Position numbers and translations under genes: made by a program. A model generated the notes under the pieces. The model did not search any database and had not been told where the DNA came from. It saw only the letters and a program-made list of their open reading frames with translations. 64,000 nucleotides of DNA from an uncultured Prevotella sp. (GTDB lineage: Bacteria; Bacteroidota; Bacteroidia; Bacteroidales; Bacteroidaceae). Shown here in pieces: positions 10,447 to 20,323 of the stretch. The stretch's first letter is position 1. The number at the start of each line of letters is the position of its first letter. The stretch spans positions 26,376-90,375 of the forward strand of contig URER01000003.1 of assembly GCA_900547005.1 (NCBI GenBank), written 5' to 3'.

Positions 10447-10614
10447 AGTTGACAAGTGACTGGGTAGACAAGTTGACAAGTGACTGAGTAAACGAGTTGA
10501 CAAGTTGCTACTCTTGTTTTATAAAGTATTAACTTGTCAATCCGTCAACTCATAAACTTATAATCAATCAACTCGTCAACTTGTTTACTTGTTAACTCGT
10601 TCACTTGTTAACTG
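10447..10614. repeat. Inverted pair of 8-bp tandem arrays (AGTTGACA-like left arm, AACTTGTC-like right arm)
   Basis: Left arm at 10447-10506 has an exact 8-bp period; the complementary right arm spans 10531-10614. Confidence 0.85.
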
Positions 10615-10616
10615 AA

Positions 10617-11885
10617 TTATAAGTCTTTTCCGATATCGGAACGGAAGTATTTATCTGTAAATTCTATTTTCTGAGCCTCTGCAAACGACTTAGCGAGAGC
10701 CTCGTCCTTGTTTTTTCCGTATGACGAAACGGCGATTACGCGGCCTCCGGCAGTCACTACCTCACCGTCTTTCTGCGCTGTTCCGCTATGGAAGACGATA
10801 GAACCGTCGACCTTGTCAATTCCTTTTATAGGATAACCCTTCTTGTATTCCTGTGGATAACCGCCGCTCACGAGCATCACGCACACAGCCGCGCGCTCGT
10901 CGAATTCTATCATGCGCTTGTCAAGGTCGCCATTAGCCACACCCTCAAAGAGGTCTACAATGTCGCTCTTCAGGCGCAACATTACGCTCTCCGTCTCAGG
11001 GTCGCCCATACGGCAGTTGTATTCTATCACCATAGGCTCGCCCTTCACGTTGATAAGGCCGAAGAAAATGAATCCTTTGTAGTCGATGCCTTCTTCTGCG
11101 AGACCGTCTACTGTCGGCTTGATGATGCGGTCTTCAACCTTTTGCATCCACTCTTTCGTTGCAAACGGAACGGGTGTTACGCTGCCCATACCGCCTGTGT
11201 TGAGGCCTGTATCACCCTCACCGATGCGCTTGTAGTCCTTCGCTTCGGGCAGAATCTTATAGTTCTTGCCGTCTGTGAGTACGAATACGGAGCACTCGAT
11301 ACCGCTCAGGAACTCTTCGATTACTACTTGTGCCGATGCGTTTCCGAACATTCCGCCGAGCATTTCCTTCAGTTCGGTTTTAGCCTCGTCGAGAGTAGGG
11401 AGAATGAGTACGCCTTTTCCTGCGCACAGACCGTCGGCTTTCAGTACGTAGGGAGCCTCCAATGTCTCCAAGAACTTCAGTCCTTCCTCTACGGTTGTGC
11501 CGTCGAAGGTGCGATATTTGGCTGTCGGGATGTTATGACGCTGCATGAATCCTTTTGCAAAGTCCTTGCTTCCCTCGAGCACTGCGCCCGCCTTTGACGG
11601 ACCGATTACTGGTATTGCAGCCGTGCGTGCGTCGTTCTTGAAGTCATCATATATACCTTTTACGAGCGGATCTTCGGGTCCTACGACCACCATATTCACG
11701 CTTTTCTCAACACAGAAAGCCTTCAACGCTTCGAAATCGTCGGCCTTTATGGCTACGTTCTCGCCCGCGTTTGCCGTTCCGGCGTTACCCGGAGCGATGT
11801 AAAGTTTATCACATTTGCTGCTCTGAGCAATCTTCCATGCAAGGGCGTGTTCCCTTCCTCCGCTTCCTAATAGTAATATATTCAT
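10617..11885 (-). CDS. purD: Phosphoribosylamine-glycine ligase
   Basis: [22 protein letters not shown] and NTGGMG motifs. Confidence 0.97.
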   Translation of the reverse strand: MNILLLGSGGREHALAWKIAQSSKCDKLYIAPGNAGTANAGENVAIKADDFEALKAFCVEKSVNMVVVGPEDPLVKGIYDDFKNDARTAAIPVIGPSKAGAVLEGSKDFAKGFMQRHNIPTAKYRTFDGTTVEEGLKFLETLEAPYVLKADGLCAGKGVLILPTLDEAKTELKEMLGGMFGNASAQVVIEEFLSGIECSVFVLTDGKNYKILPEAKDYKRIGEGDTGLNTGGMGSVTPVPFATKEWMQKVEDRIIKPTVDGLAEEGIDYKGFIFFGLINVKGEPMVIEYNCRMGDPETESVMLRLKSDIVDLFEGVANGDLDKRMIEFDERAAVCVMLVSGGYPQEYKKGYPIKGIDKVDGSIVFHSGTAQKDGEVVTAGGRVIAVSSYGKNKDEALAKSFAEAQKIEFTDKYFRSDIGKDL

Positions 11886-12020
11886 ATTTTCTAAGTGTTT
11901 CTTAATTTGCCGCAAAGTTACTTTTTATTCACGACTTGGGCAAAAGAAAGGTGCTGAATGTTTGGTCGTTAGGCGTTTTTTTCTTATTTTTGTCAAGTAA
12001 TATATTGAAATGCACCGTTT

Positions 12021-13319
12021 ATGAAAAGATTCTTTATTGTTGTTACGGCCTTTGTTGTGACTCTAACTGTGTGCGCGCAACAGGCTAAAGATGAAATTAT
12101 GCAGAATCAATGTCTTTCTGCAAGTAATTATCTGGCATATCCCGGACCGGCTCAAAAGGCTCTCACTCCGGCTCCAAAAGGCTATAAACCCTTTTATATC
12201 AGCCACTACGGCCGTCATGGCTCTCGCTATCTCATTGGCGATGACGAGTATGATAAGCCGTTAACTATACTTAAAACAGCCAACCGTGAAGGCAAACTGA
12301 CACCCTTAGGGCAGGATGTCTTGCGCCGTGTTAAGGTGATGTGGAATGAATCATACAAGCGTCTTGGAGAGCTTTCTCCGCTCGGAGCGCAGCAACACAA
12401 GGACATTGCGCGTCGTATGTATGAACGTTTTCCTGAAGTGTTCAAGGGCAATGCCGATATTGACGCGAAGAGTACGATTGTCATCCGTTGCATATTGTCG
12501 ATGGAAAACGAGCTGCAACAGTTGCTGGTTCTCAATCCGAAGCTGAATATCACACATGACGCGAGCGAGCATGATATGTATTATATGAATTTCGATGATA
12601 AGCTATTGACGAAACGGAAGAAGCCGGCGGGTGTCTGGTCGCAGTATCAGAGCTACAGGAAGCAGCATCTTGACTACACCCGTCTTATGGAATCTCTGTT
12701 CAATGATAAAAATTATGTGTATCGGAACATCGATGCCGACGACTTCGGATACAGGCTTTTCAAACTCGCAAGCAATCTCCAGAGCATAGAGGCCCGCAAG
12801 GATATGACTCTGTATGACATCTTCACGAAGGATGAATTATATGCAAACTGGCAGATGGAGAACGTGCGTTGGTATATAGAATATGGTGCTTGTCCGCTCA
12901 ACGGAGGACAGCAGCCGTTCTCGCAGCGCAACCTTTTGCGTAACATCATCACTCAGGCAGACAGTTGCATCGCAACGAGAAAGAATTGCGCAACGCTTCG
13001 TTTCGGTCATGAGACGATGGTCTTGCCGCTCACTTGTCTGCTCGGACTCAACGGTTATGATATGCAGATAAGCGATTTCGACAAGATTGAGGAGCAGGGA
13101 TGGATTAATTACAGAATCTTCCCTATGGGAGCCAACATCCAATTTGTGTTCTATCGCCGCAATGCCGACGACAAGGATGTACTCGTAAAGGTGTTGCTTA
13201 ATGAGAATGAAGCCACTCTTCCGATTGCGTCTGACATGAAACCGTATTATCGTTGGAGTGATTTCAAGGAGTATTACATGAACAAAATCAAGTCTTACAG
13301 GCTTGTACGTAATAATTGA
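12021..13319 (+). CDS. Exported histidine acid phosphatase (MINPP/phytase-like clade)
   Basis: Signal peptide, RHGSRY motif and FGHET motif. Confidence 0.85.
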   Translation: MKRFFIVVTAFVVTLTVCAQQAKDEIMQNQCLSASNYLAYPGPAQKALTPAPKGYKPFYISHYGRHGSRYLIGDDEYDKPLTILKTANREGKLTPLGQDVLRRVKVMWNESYKRLGELSPLGAQQHKDIARRMYERFPEVFKGNADIDAKSTIVIRCILSMENELQQLLVLNPKLNITHDASEHDMYYMNFDDKLLTKRKKPAGVWSQYQSYRKQHLDYTRLMESLFNDKNYVYRNIDADDFGYRLFKLASNLQSIEARKDMTLYDIFTKDELYANWQMENVRWYIEYGACPLNGGQQPFSQRNLLRNIITQADSCIATRKNCATLRFGHETMVLPLTCLLGLNGYDMQISDFDKIEEQGWINYRIFPMGANIQFVFYRRNADDKDVLVKVLLNENEATLPIASDMKPYYRWSDFKEYYMNKIKSYRLVRNN

Positions 13320-13413
13320 AAGTTGAGTACCGTTTTGTCTTAAGGCTTCCGTAATGTTTGAACAGGGCTATGAGACAATACTGGTGGTATCAATCCTCAT
13401 ATTGTAAATATAG

Positions 13414-13452
13414 ATAAAGGCATGGGAAACGTCAATTGTCCCATGCCTTTAT
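13414..13452. terminator. Bidirectional intrinsic terminator
   Basis: ataaaggcatggga...tcccatgcctttat between convergent genes. Confidence 0.75.
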
Positions 13453-13474
13453 TTGTCTTTATACGTTTATGGCG

Positions 13475-15646
13475 TTACTTCAGATAATCTTCGAAGTACT
13501 GCGTGATGCGCTCATGCAGGTGCACACTCTGATGACCGCGCATATTGTGAGGCTCTCCCGGATAAACGAAGAAGTCGGGCTGGGTGCCTTCCTCGATACA
13601 CTTGGCTATGAAGGAGAGACAATGCTGCGGCACTACTGTGTTGTCATTGTAGCCCGTTATGATTTGCAACTTGCCTTTCAGGTCTTTCGCTTTGTTCAGT
13701 AAGCTGGTCTTTTCGTAGCCTTCCGGATTGCTTTGCGGCGTATCCATATAGCGCTCACCGTACATTACCTCGTACCATTTCCAGTCGATTACCGGACCAC
13801 CGGCCACTCCAACCTTGAACACATCGGGGTAGTTGGTCATCAAAGAAATTGTCATGAAACCGCCGAAACTCCATCCATGCACACCAATGCGGTCGGTATC
13901 GACGTAGGGTAGGGACTTCAGATATTCAACACCCTTCATCTGATCCTGCATCTCTATCTGTCCGAGCTGGCGGAAAGTAGCCTGCTCAAACTCACGTCCG
14001 CGGTTCTCACTGCCGCGGTTGTCGATGATAAAGAGCACGTAACCCTTCTGTGCCATATACGTTTCCCAGCTTCTGCTGCCGTAATGCCAGCGCGCATCGA
14101 CGTTGTGAGCGTGCGGACCGCCATATACATATACCACCGTCGGGTACTTCTTCGATGCATCGAAGTCTTTCGGTTTCACCATCCTGTAATACAAATCGGT
14201 TACTCCGTCGGCCGCTTTCAGCGTTCCGCATTCGTAGTTCGGCACATCGTAGCCCTCCCACGGATTGTTTGCCGTGAAGTAAAGAGTGCGCTTTGCCGTC
14301 GCCGTATTGGCTATTTCAATCTTGCGGGGCACGTCAGGCTCCGAGTAACTGTCATATACCAATGCGCCGTTGGCACTCAGTTTGCCATAATGCCAGCCCT
14401 TGCCGTTGTCAAGTGGCGTGCGTTTGCCCGTCGCAATGCTCACGGCGTAGATGTTGTTCTGTATCGGTGAGGCCTCATTCGACTGGATAATAACCGACTT
14501 TGTCTTACTGTTGAAGCCGAGAACGTCCATCACCACCCACTTGCCCGATGTTATCTGGCGCAGCTCTTTGCCGTTCGTGTCATATAGATATAGGTGATTA
14601 TAGCCGTCTTTTTGGCTTTGCAGGATGAATTTTGTGGCATCCCAGGGCAGGAAAACGATAGGATTCATAGGCTCAACATACTTCGGATGCGTCTCCTTAT
14701 ATATCTCTCCGAGCTTCTCTCCTGTACTCGCGTCGTAGCAAACAAGGCGGCAATCGTTCTGATCGCGGTTCAACTCAAACATATAGATGTACTTATCGTC
14801 CGGACTCCATGCGATGTTCGTGAAGTAACGGTCGGTCGGATCGCCCGCTTTCAGATATACGGTGCTGCCCGTTTTCATGTCATATACACCCACAGTTACC
14901 TTATGCGACATATCGCCGGCCATAGGATACTTGTCCGGTTCGTGTGCGGCAATTTTCGGAAACACATCCACCTGCGGATAGTCTGTCACCATGCTTTGGT
15001 CCATTCGGTAGAAAGCGAGTTTCTCGCCGTTGTTGCTCCAGAATGTTCCCTTCATTATTCCGAACTCGTTGCGGTGTACCGCCTGACCGTAGACGATTTC
15101 CCTTGAGCCGTCCTCTGTCAGTTTATTGGTTACACCGTTGCCGTCGGTTACATACAGTTGATTGTCTTTTACGAATGCCAGCGCCTTGCTTTTAGCGTTC
15201 CAGTCCTCGGCACTTGCGTTCTCACAGCCCTGTCTCCATACTGTATTGTGTTTCTTGAAATCAACAAGTATGCTCTCTTTCTTGCTCTTTACGAGTACGT
15301 AAGGCTTTCCTGGATAAGGAAACTCAGCATAGTACAGACTGCGGACGGGAGTTTCTTCTGTCGTTTCCGCCCATTTGTTTATCTCCTCAAGATTGAAGAG
15401 AACATTCTCCTTGCCCGTCTTTGTGTCTATCATCGAGCAGTTCTCTGCATCCAGTCGCACCAGCATCTCGCCCCACCAAGTGGCGTAGCGGTTCTCCGGC
15501 GTCATGTTGTGATAGTTCTTTCCGCCGAAGTTCAGGTCTTCGAGAGTAAATTGTTTCTGTGCCATTGCGTCAGCAAAAGACATGAGACACGTCAGAACGG
15601 CTATTGCCAAGCCTCCGAGTCTGTTGTATCTTTTAATCCTCCTCAT
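13475..15646 (-). CDS. S9B dipeptidyl/prolyl tripeptidyl peptidase (DPP-IV family)
   Basis: GWSFGG nucleophile, DNTV and PHNM catalytic residues, DPPIV_N propeller; likely start MRRIKR. Confidence 0.9.
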   Translation of the reverse strand: MRRIKRYNRLGGLAIAVLTCLMSFADAMAQKQFTLEDLNFGGKNYHNMTPENRYATWWGEMLVRLDAENCSMIDTKTGKENVLFNLEEINKWAETTEETPVRSLYYAEFPYPGKPYVLVKSKKESILVDFKKHNTVWRQGCENASAEDWNAKSKALAFVKDNQLYVTDGNGVTNKLTEDGSREIVYGQAVHRNEFGIMKGTFWSNNGEKLAFYRMDQSMVTDYPQVDVFPKIAAHEPDKYPMAGDMSHKVTVGVYDMKTGSTVYLKAGDPTDRYFTNIAWSPDDKYIYMFELNRDQNDCRLVCYDASTGEKLGEIYKETHPKYVEPMNPIVFLPWDATKFILQSQKDGYNHLYLYDTNGKELRQITSGKWVVMDVLGFNSKTKSVIIQSNEASPIQNNIYAVSIATGKRTPLDNGKGWHYGKLSANGALVYDSYSEPDVPRKIEIANTATAKRTLYFTANNPWEGYDVPNYECGTLKAADGVTDLYYRMVKPKDFDASKKYPTVVYVYGGPHAHNVDARWHYGSRSWETYMAQKGYVLFIIDNRGSENRGREFEQATFRQLGQIEMQDQMKGVEYLKSLPYVDTDRIGVHGWSFGGFMTISLMTNYPDVFKVGVAGGPVIDWKWYEVMYGERYMDTPQSNPEGYEKTSLLNKAKDLKGKLQIITGYNDNTVVPQHCLSFIAKCIEEGTQPDFFVYPGEPHNMRGHQSVHLHERITQYFEDYLK

Positions 15647-17177
15647 AGTTCCTTCTTCCTTTTTTCTTGAAGTCGCCGTTGTCGCGCCTTCTGTTTTCTC
15701 TGTCAAAGCGCTTGCCACCGTTGTCCTTTCCGAATCGCTTTCCGCCTTTGTCATGCCATTTCCCGCCTTTGTCCGATTTTCGGTCAGAGTCAAAACCGCC
15801 TCTTCTCCTTCCTTTGTCGCGGTCGTCATCGTCTCTGCGCTCGCGTCTTCTGTCGAAAGAAAGGCGTCGCGAACTGTCGAGCGAACGGAATTTGAACGAA
15901 CGAATGTCGTCCTCCTCCGGGTCGTTGTCGTCCTCGTCGAGGCGCTTCTTGAACTCGCGGTTCTTCTTGAAACGGTGTTTCTCCGCCATCTCGCGCTTCT
16001 CCTCCTCGGTCTTCACGATGCCACCCTCGCTGCGGAACTCCTTCAGTTTGCCCTCAAACATGGAGTATTTGCGGAACTCGCATTCCAGACTGCCATTATA
16101 TACCGGTATCTTGATAGACGGTTTCAGGCCGATGCTCTCGAAGCACTCTTCGCGGTAGCTAAGCACCCATGCGTCGTTTCCTCCAAATTCGTGCTTCAGT
16201 CTCTCGCCAATCATCTTGTAAGTGCCGAGCAGGTTGGGTGTAGAGATACGCTCACCGTAAGGCGGATTGGTGATGATGATGCTCTTGTTCTCAGGCTTCT
16301 TGAAGTCCTTGAAGTCGGCTTGCTCAACGGTTATGTCTTTTGTCAGACCGGCTGCGCGCACATTCAGACGTGCCGTGTTCACGGCTTTCATGTCGATGTC
16401 GTAGCCATAGATGTGATGTTCGAACTCACGCTCCTGCGAGTCATCGTTGTATATCTCATCGAACAAATCTTTGTCGAAGTCGTTCCATTTCTCGAAGGCG
16501 AACTCCTTGCGGAACACACCCGGCGAGATGTTGCGTGCTATCAGCGCAGCCTCGACGAGCAATGTGCCCGAGCCGCACATCGGGTCGATGAAATCCGTGT
16601 CGCCTTTCCAGCCCGACATGAGAATCATTCCGGCCGCAAGAACCTCGTTAAGCGGTGCTTCCACGCTTTCCTGGCGATAGCCGCGACGATGCAACGACTC
16701 ACCGCTTGAGTCGAGACTCAGCGTTGCACGATCTTCCGCGATATGGATGTTGAGGCGGATGTCCGGGTTGCTCACCGAGATGTTCGGGCGGCTGCCGGTC
16801 TTCTCTCTGAACTGGTCAACGATGGCATCCTTCACCTTATAGGTTACGAAACGGCTGTTGCGGAACTCCTCCGAATAGACCACCGAGTCGACTGAGAATG
16901 TCTTTCCGTCTTCAATATATTCGCTCCAGTCAATTTTCTGTATCTCCTCGTACACGTCTTCTGCCGACTGCGCCTTGAAGTGCCTTATCGGTTTAAGTAT
17001 TCTGATAGCCGTGTGAAGCTGGAAGTTTGCGCGGTACATCATCTCTTTGTCACCCGAGAAGGAAACCATGCGTCGTCCTATCTGAATGTTGTTTGCTCCC
17101 AACTGTGTGAGCTCCTGTGCCAAAACCGGTTCCAATCCCATGAATGTCTTGGCGATGAGTTCAAATTCCTGTTCCAT
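15633..17177 (-). CDS. rlmL: THUMP-domain 23S rRNA m2G methyltransferase (RlmL-like) with charged C-terminal tail
   Basis: SLHRRGYR, DPMCGSGT and NPPYGER motifs. Confidence 0.88.
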   Translation of the reverse strand: MEQEFELIAKTFMGLEPVLAQELTQLGANNIQIGRRMVSFSGDKEMMYRANFQLHTAIRILKPIRHFKAQSAEDVYEEIQKIDWSEYIEDGKTFSVDSVVYSEEFRNSRFVTYKVKDAIVDQFREKTGSRPNISVSNPDIRLNIHIAEDRATLSLDSSGESLHRRGYRQESVEAPLNEVLAAGMILMSGWKGDTDFIDPMCGSGTLLVEAALIARNISPGVFRKEFAFEKWNDFDKDLFDEIYNDDSQEREFEHHIYGYDIDMKAVNTARLNVRAAGLTKDITVEQADFKDFKKPENKSIIITNPPYGERISTPNLLGTYKMIGERLKHEFGGNDAWVLSYREECFESIGLKPSIKIPVYNGSLECEFRKYSMFEGKLKEFRSEGGIVKTEEEKREMAEKHRFKKNREFKKRLDEDDNDPEEDDIRSFKFRSLDSSRRLSFDRRRERRDDDDRDKGRRRGGFDSDRKSDKGGKWHDKGGKRFGKDNGGKRFDRENRRRDNGDFKKKGRRNYEED

Positions 17178-18138
17178 TATGATATTCAAATTCTAAGTTA
17201 TCTGTTTTTTCTTTCTTGTATTTCTTAGTGTTAGGCTTCATGCTTCTTGTTACCCATACGTTACCGCCTATGACGCAGCCTTCGCCTATTGTGATGCGTC
17301 CGAGGATTGTGGCGTTGGCATATACCACCACGTTGTCTTTCAGTATCGGGTGGCGTTGTATGCCTTTTATCGGGTTGCCGTCCTCATCGAGCGGGAAGCT
17401 CTTGGCTCCGAGGGTCACTCCCTGATACAGTTTCACGTTGTCGCCTATTATGCAGGTAGCGCCGATTACCACACCTGTGCCGTGGTCGATGGTGAAATAT
17501 TTGCCGATTGTGGCAGCCGGATGTATGTCTATTCCCGTTTCCGAGTGGGCCATCTCGGTCATCACGCGCGGTATCAGCGGCACGCCTAATAGTACCAGCT
17601 CGTGGGCTATGCGATAGTTTGTCAGCGCTTTTATTACCGGATAGCACGCAATGATTTCGCTGCGGCTTGTGGCAGCCGGGTCGCCGTTGTATGCCGCCTC
17701 TACGTCGGTGGCGAGAATCTTGCGTATGTCGGGCAGACGCGCTATCAGTTGTGCTGCCATCTTCTTTGCCTGAGCTTTCAGTTCGCGGCTTGTCTTCTCG
17801 TCGCGTGTGCAGCCGTTGTCGTTGCAGGTGCAGCTCGTATCATCGCAAGCCGGTGCGGTGAAGCACAATCCGGCGAGGATTTGCTCGCAAAGCAGCTTGT
17901 ACATACGTTCTATTTTTACGCCGATATGATATTTCAGGGTTTGAATATTGACAGAAGACTTTCCGTAGAATCCGGGAAAGAGGATTGCTCGTGCCAGGTC
18001 TATTATCTCCTCAAGAGCTTTTGCGGAGGGTAGGGGGTCGCCGTCGTAGTGCTCGTGGAACAATCCCTTGAGCGATTCGCTCTCGGATAGCCGGTCTACC
18101 GTCCGTGTCAGAATATGAGTTGTATTTTCTATACTCAT
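17161..18138 (-). CDS. cysE: Serine O-acetyltransferase
   Basis: GDPAA, TGIDIHPAATIG, IDHGTGVVIG and RHP hexapeptide region. Confidence 0.92.
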   Translation of the reverse strand: MSIENTTHILTRTVDRLSESESLKGLFHEHYDGDPLPSAKALEEIIDLARAILFPGFYGKSSVNIQTLKYHIGVKIERMYKLLCEQILAGLCFTAPACDDTSCTCNDNGCTRDEKTSRELKAQAKKMAAQLIARLPDIRKILATDVEAAYNGDPAATSRSEIIACYPVIKALTNYRIAHELVLLGVPLIPRVMTEMAHSETGIDIHPAATIGKYFTIDHGTGVVIGATCIIGDNVKLYQGVTLGAKSFPLDEDGNPIKGIQRHPILKDNVVVYANATILGRITIGEGCVIGGNVWVTRSMKPNTKKYKKEKTDNLEFEYHNGTGI

Positions 18139-18279
18139 TATTAATATATAAATGTGTCAATGATTTCGTTGCAAAGTTAATAAAAAAAAAGAAATAGAAA
18201 AACAAAATCGGAAGGAAAAGAAATACTAATATAAAAGCTGTTGGATAAGCTCCGAAATTCGTGTCTCGAATCTTCAAAA

Positions 18280-18815
18280 AATGTAGCGATTTTAGTAAAA
18301 AACTCTTACACTTAAAAATCGACTCTTTCGTGCTAACGAGTGTTAAATATAGGCTCCGTTACTCATTTTAGACAGTTTTTCGACCTCAAAAATCCCAACT
18401 CCAAACTCAAAATTCGTAATTCAAAATTCCCAAACGGCCTCCGTTAGAGAAAAAATGGGTCGATTTTCATCGAAAATTTGGGTCTCCATAAATATGGGAA
18501 AATGGCAGAAATGGCCTGTTTAACGTTTGTTAGCTTTCAAAAGTGGCACTTTTAGAGTGCGTTTTAGGCCGTTTTGGAGTGCAACGGAGGCTCCGTTGGA
18601 AGCCAAAAGTGCCTCCGTTAGAGTGCAAAAGTGCCTCCGTTGCAATGTGACGGGGTCTGAAACGCCTTCTAAAACGGTTATTTTTGTTATAAAACGATAT
18701 AAGTCTTTGATTATCAGGGTTTTAAGTCAAAATCGAGTAAAATGCCGTATTTTCGCGTTTTTGAGAGCAAGGAAGACTTTGGTCGAAAATACGCGAGTTT
18801 TAGAGGGGATAAATT
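18280..18815 (+). repeat. Dispersed ~530-bp non-coding element, copy 1
   Basis: Colinear similarity to 31988-32520 and to the reverse complement of 42832-43368. Block 18529-18597 is identical to 32238-32306. Confidence 0.92.
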
Positions 18816-18930
18816 AAAAAAGAGCAATGCCTATTGACATTACTCTTTATATTTATGCGAACAGGCTCTTTTACCTTATATGTAAGTGCCCGTTTCGTTA
18901 GCGTCTGCGGTTCTTTCTTTGCCCTTTTGT

Positions 18931-19407
18931 TTAGAACTTCGCCATCTTTATGGCATCGATAGCGCATTCGTCGCCTTTGTTCCCGAGCTTTCCGCCACTT
19001 CTGTCCTTAGCCTGTTGCAGGTCGTTAGTGGTGAGCAGACCGTAGATAACCGGAATGTTGTTCGTGGCGTTGAGCCTTGCTATGCCGTATGTAACGCCCT
19101 GACAGATATAGTCGAAGTGCGGAGTCTCACCACGTATGACGCATCCCAAGATAATGATGGCATCGTAACGGTCGTTGCGCGACATCTGGCAAGCACCGTA
19201 AACAAGCTCAAAACTTCCCGGAACGGTCTTCACAATGATGTTCTCAGGCAGTGCGCCATGCTTCTCAAGGGTGCTCACTGCACCATCGAGCAACGCCCCG
19301 GTAATCTCTTTGTTCCACTCTGATACAACTATACCGAAGCACATATTGCTTGCGTCGGGGATGGAGTTGGTGTCGTATTCGGACAGATTATGCAGTGCTG
19401 TTGCCAT
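18931..19407 (-). CDS. ribH: 6,7-dimethyl-8-ribityllumazine synthase
   Basis: [21 protein letters not shown] and GNKG motifs. Confidence 0.96.
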   Translation of the reverse strand: MATALHNLSEYDTNSIPDASNMCFGIVVSEWNKEITGALLDGAVSTLEKHGALPENIIVKTVPGSFELVYGACQMSRNDRYDAIIILGCVIRGETPHFDYICQGVTYGIARLNATNNIPVIYGLLTTNDLQQAKDRSGGKLGNKGDECAIDAIKMAKF

Positions 19408-19411
19408 ATCT

Positions 19412-20116
19412 TTAGTTTGAAGCTCTTTCTATGTATTTGTCAATCTCCTGATAGATAGGAGAGTTTACGTACTTAGCCTTGATGTCTTTGTATATTTTCA
19501 GAGCTTCTTCCTTCTTGCCCTGGCTTTCGAGGATGATGCCGGCCTTCTTCATTGCGAGCGGAGCGATGCTTGTGTTGGTCTTGTCCTCGGCCTTGCTGTC
19601 TGCCATATCGGCAGCCTTCTTGAAGCACTCAACGCCCTTGTCGAGCTGGTCGTTGTTCACGTAAATATCACCGAGAGCCATCTGTGAAGCCGGGCTGATG
19701 AGCATATCGTTTGAAGTGCTGAACTCCTCAACGTATTTCAGAGCCGATTTCCAATCCGGTTTCTGCTGATGAGCGTAGCAAAGACCTGCGTAAAGGTTGG
19801 CGAGGTTGCCCGCATCTGTGCCGCTATAATCGCTCGCAATCTTCAGAAAGCCTGCGAATCCGGCTCCGTCGCCCTTCAGTGCCTTGTCGTATTGCTCCAT
19901 GTTCATATACTCCTGACCCTTTGCGAGTGAGGTGCTTGCCTCTTGCTCCTGCGGCACAGCCACATAGCTGTGATAGAGTATTGCGCCGGCAATGATTACT
20001 ACAACTGCGATGATTACGGTTAGGATAGCTTTCTTGTTCTTCATGAAGAAAGACTCCGGGTTGTTAAGGGTGTTGATTGCTTCTGCTGCACCCTTCTGTT
20101 CTTTTTTGTTTGCCAT
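19412..20116 (-). CDS. Membrane-anchored TPR protein (YfgM-like)
   Basis: N-terminal TM, TPR helices ([13 protein letters not shown]); located between ribH and recF. Confidence 0.8.
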   Translation of the reverse strand: MANKKEQKGAAEAINTLNNPESFFMKNKKAILTVIIAVVVIIAGAILYHSYVAVPQEQEASTSLAKGQEYMNMEQYDKALKGDGAGFAGFLKIASDYSGTDAGNLANLYAGLCYAHQQKPDWKSALKYVEEFSTSNDMLISPASQMALGDIYVNNDQLDKGVECFKKAADMADSKAEDKTNTSIAPLAMKKAGIILESQGKKEEALKIYKDIKAKYVNSPIYQEIDKYIERASN

Positions 20117-20230
20117 TATTTTTGTTATTTTATTATTTCTAATATAAGCGTGGCAAAATTACGTAAATTATCCCATATAGTGAAATTTATTACATACTTT
20201 TTTCGTTTTTCTACACGAAACGACTAACTT

Positions 20231-20300
20231 TGCAGAAGATTGGCTGCATTCGGCAAAATGAGAATAAATTCTCTTTGCGCTCATTTGCACAATCTTTGCA
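20231..20300. repeat. Short structured palindromic element directly after the recF -7 box
   Basis: Arms tgcagaagattg / caatctttgca enclose an inner gagaat-aa-attctc hairpin. Confidence 0.55.
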
Positions 20301-20323
20301 GCATAAAAAAATAGGCGTTTTTG

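Noticed and set aside
15647..15829. N-terminal extension of the DPP-IV ORF in the track
   Set aside because: It lies inside rlmL; a signal-peptide-bearing start exists at 15646.
15582..16709. Long alternative ORFs (also 29616-30575, 34569-35828, 54924-56189, 61925-62974)
   Set aside because: They are antisense shadows of well-supported genes and show no recognisable motifs.
18527..18817. 96-aa ORF similar to the 73-aa ORF at 42830-43051
   Set aside because: Both are translations of the repeat element. The same frame has stops in copy 2 and the starts differ, so I treat them as non-coding.
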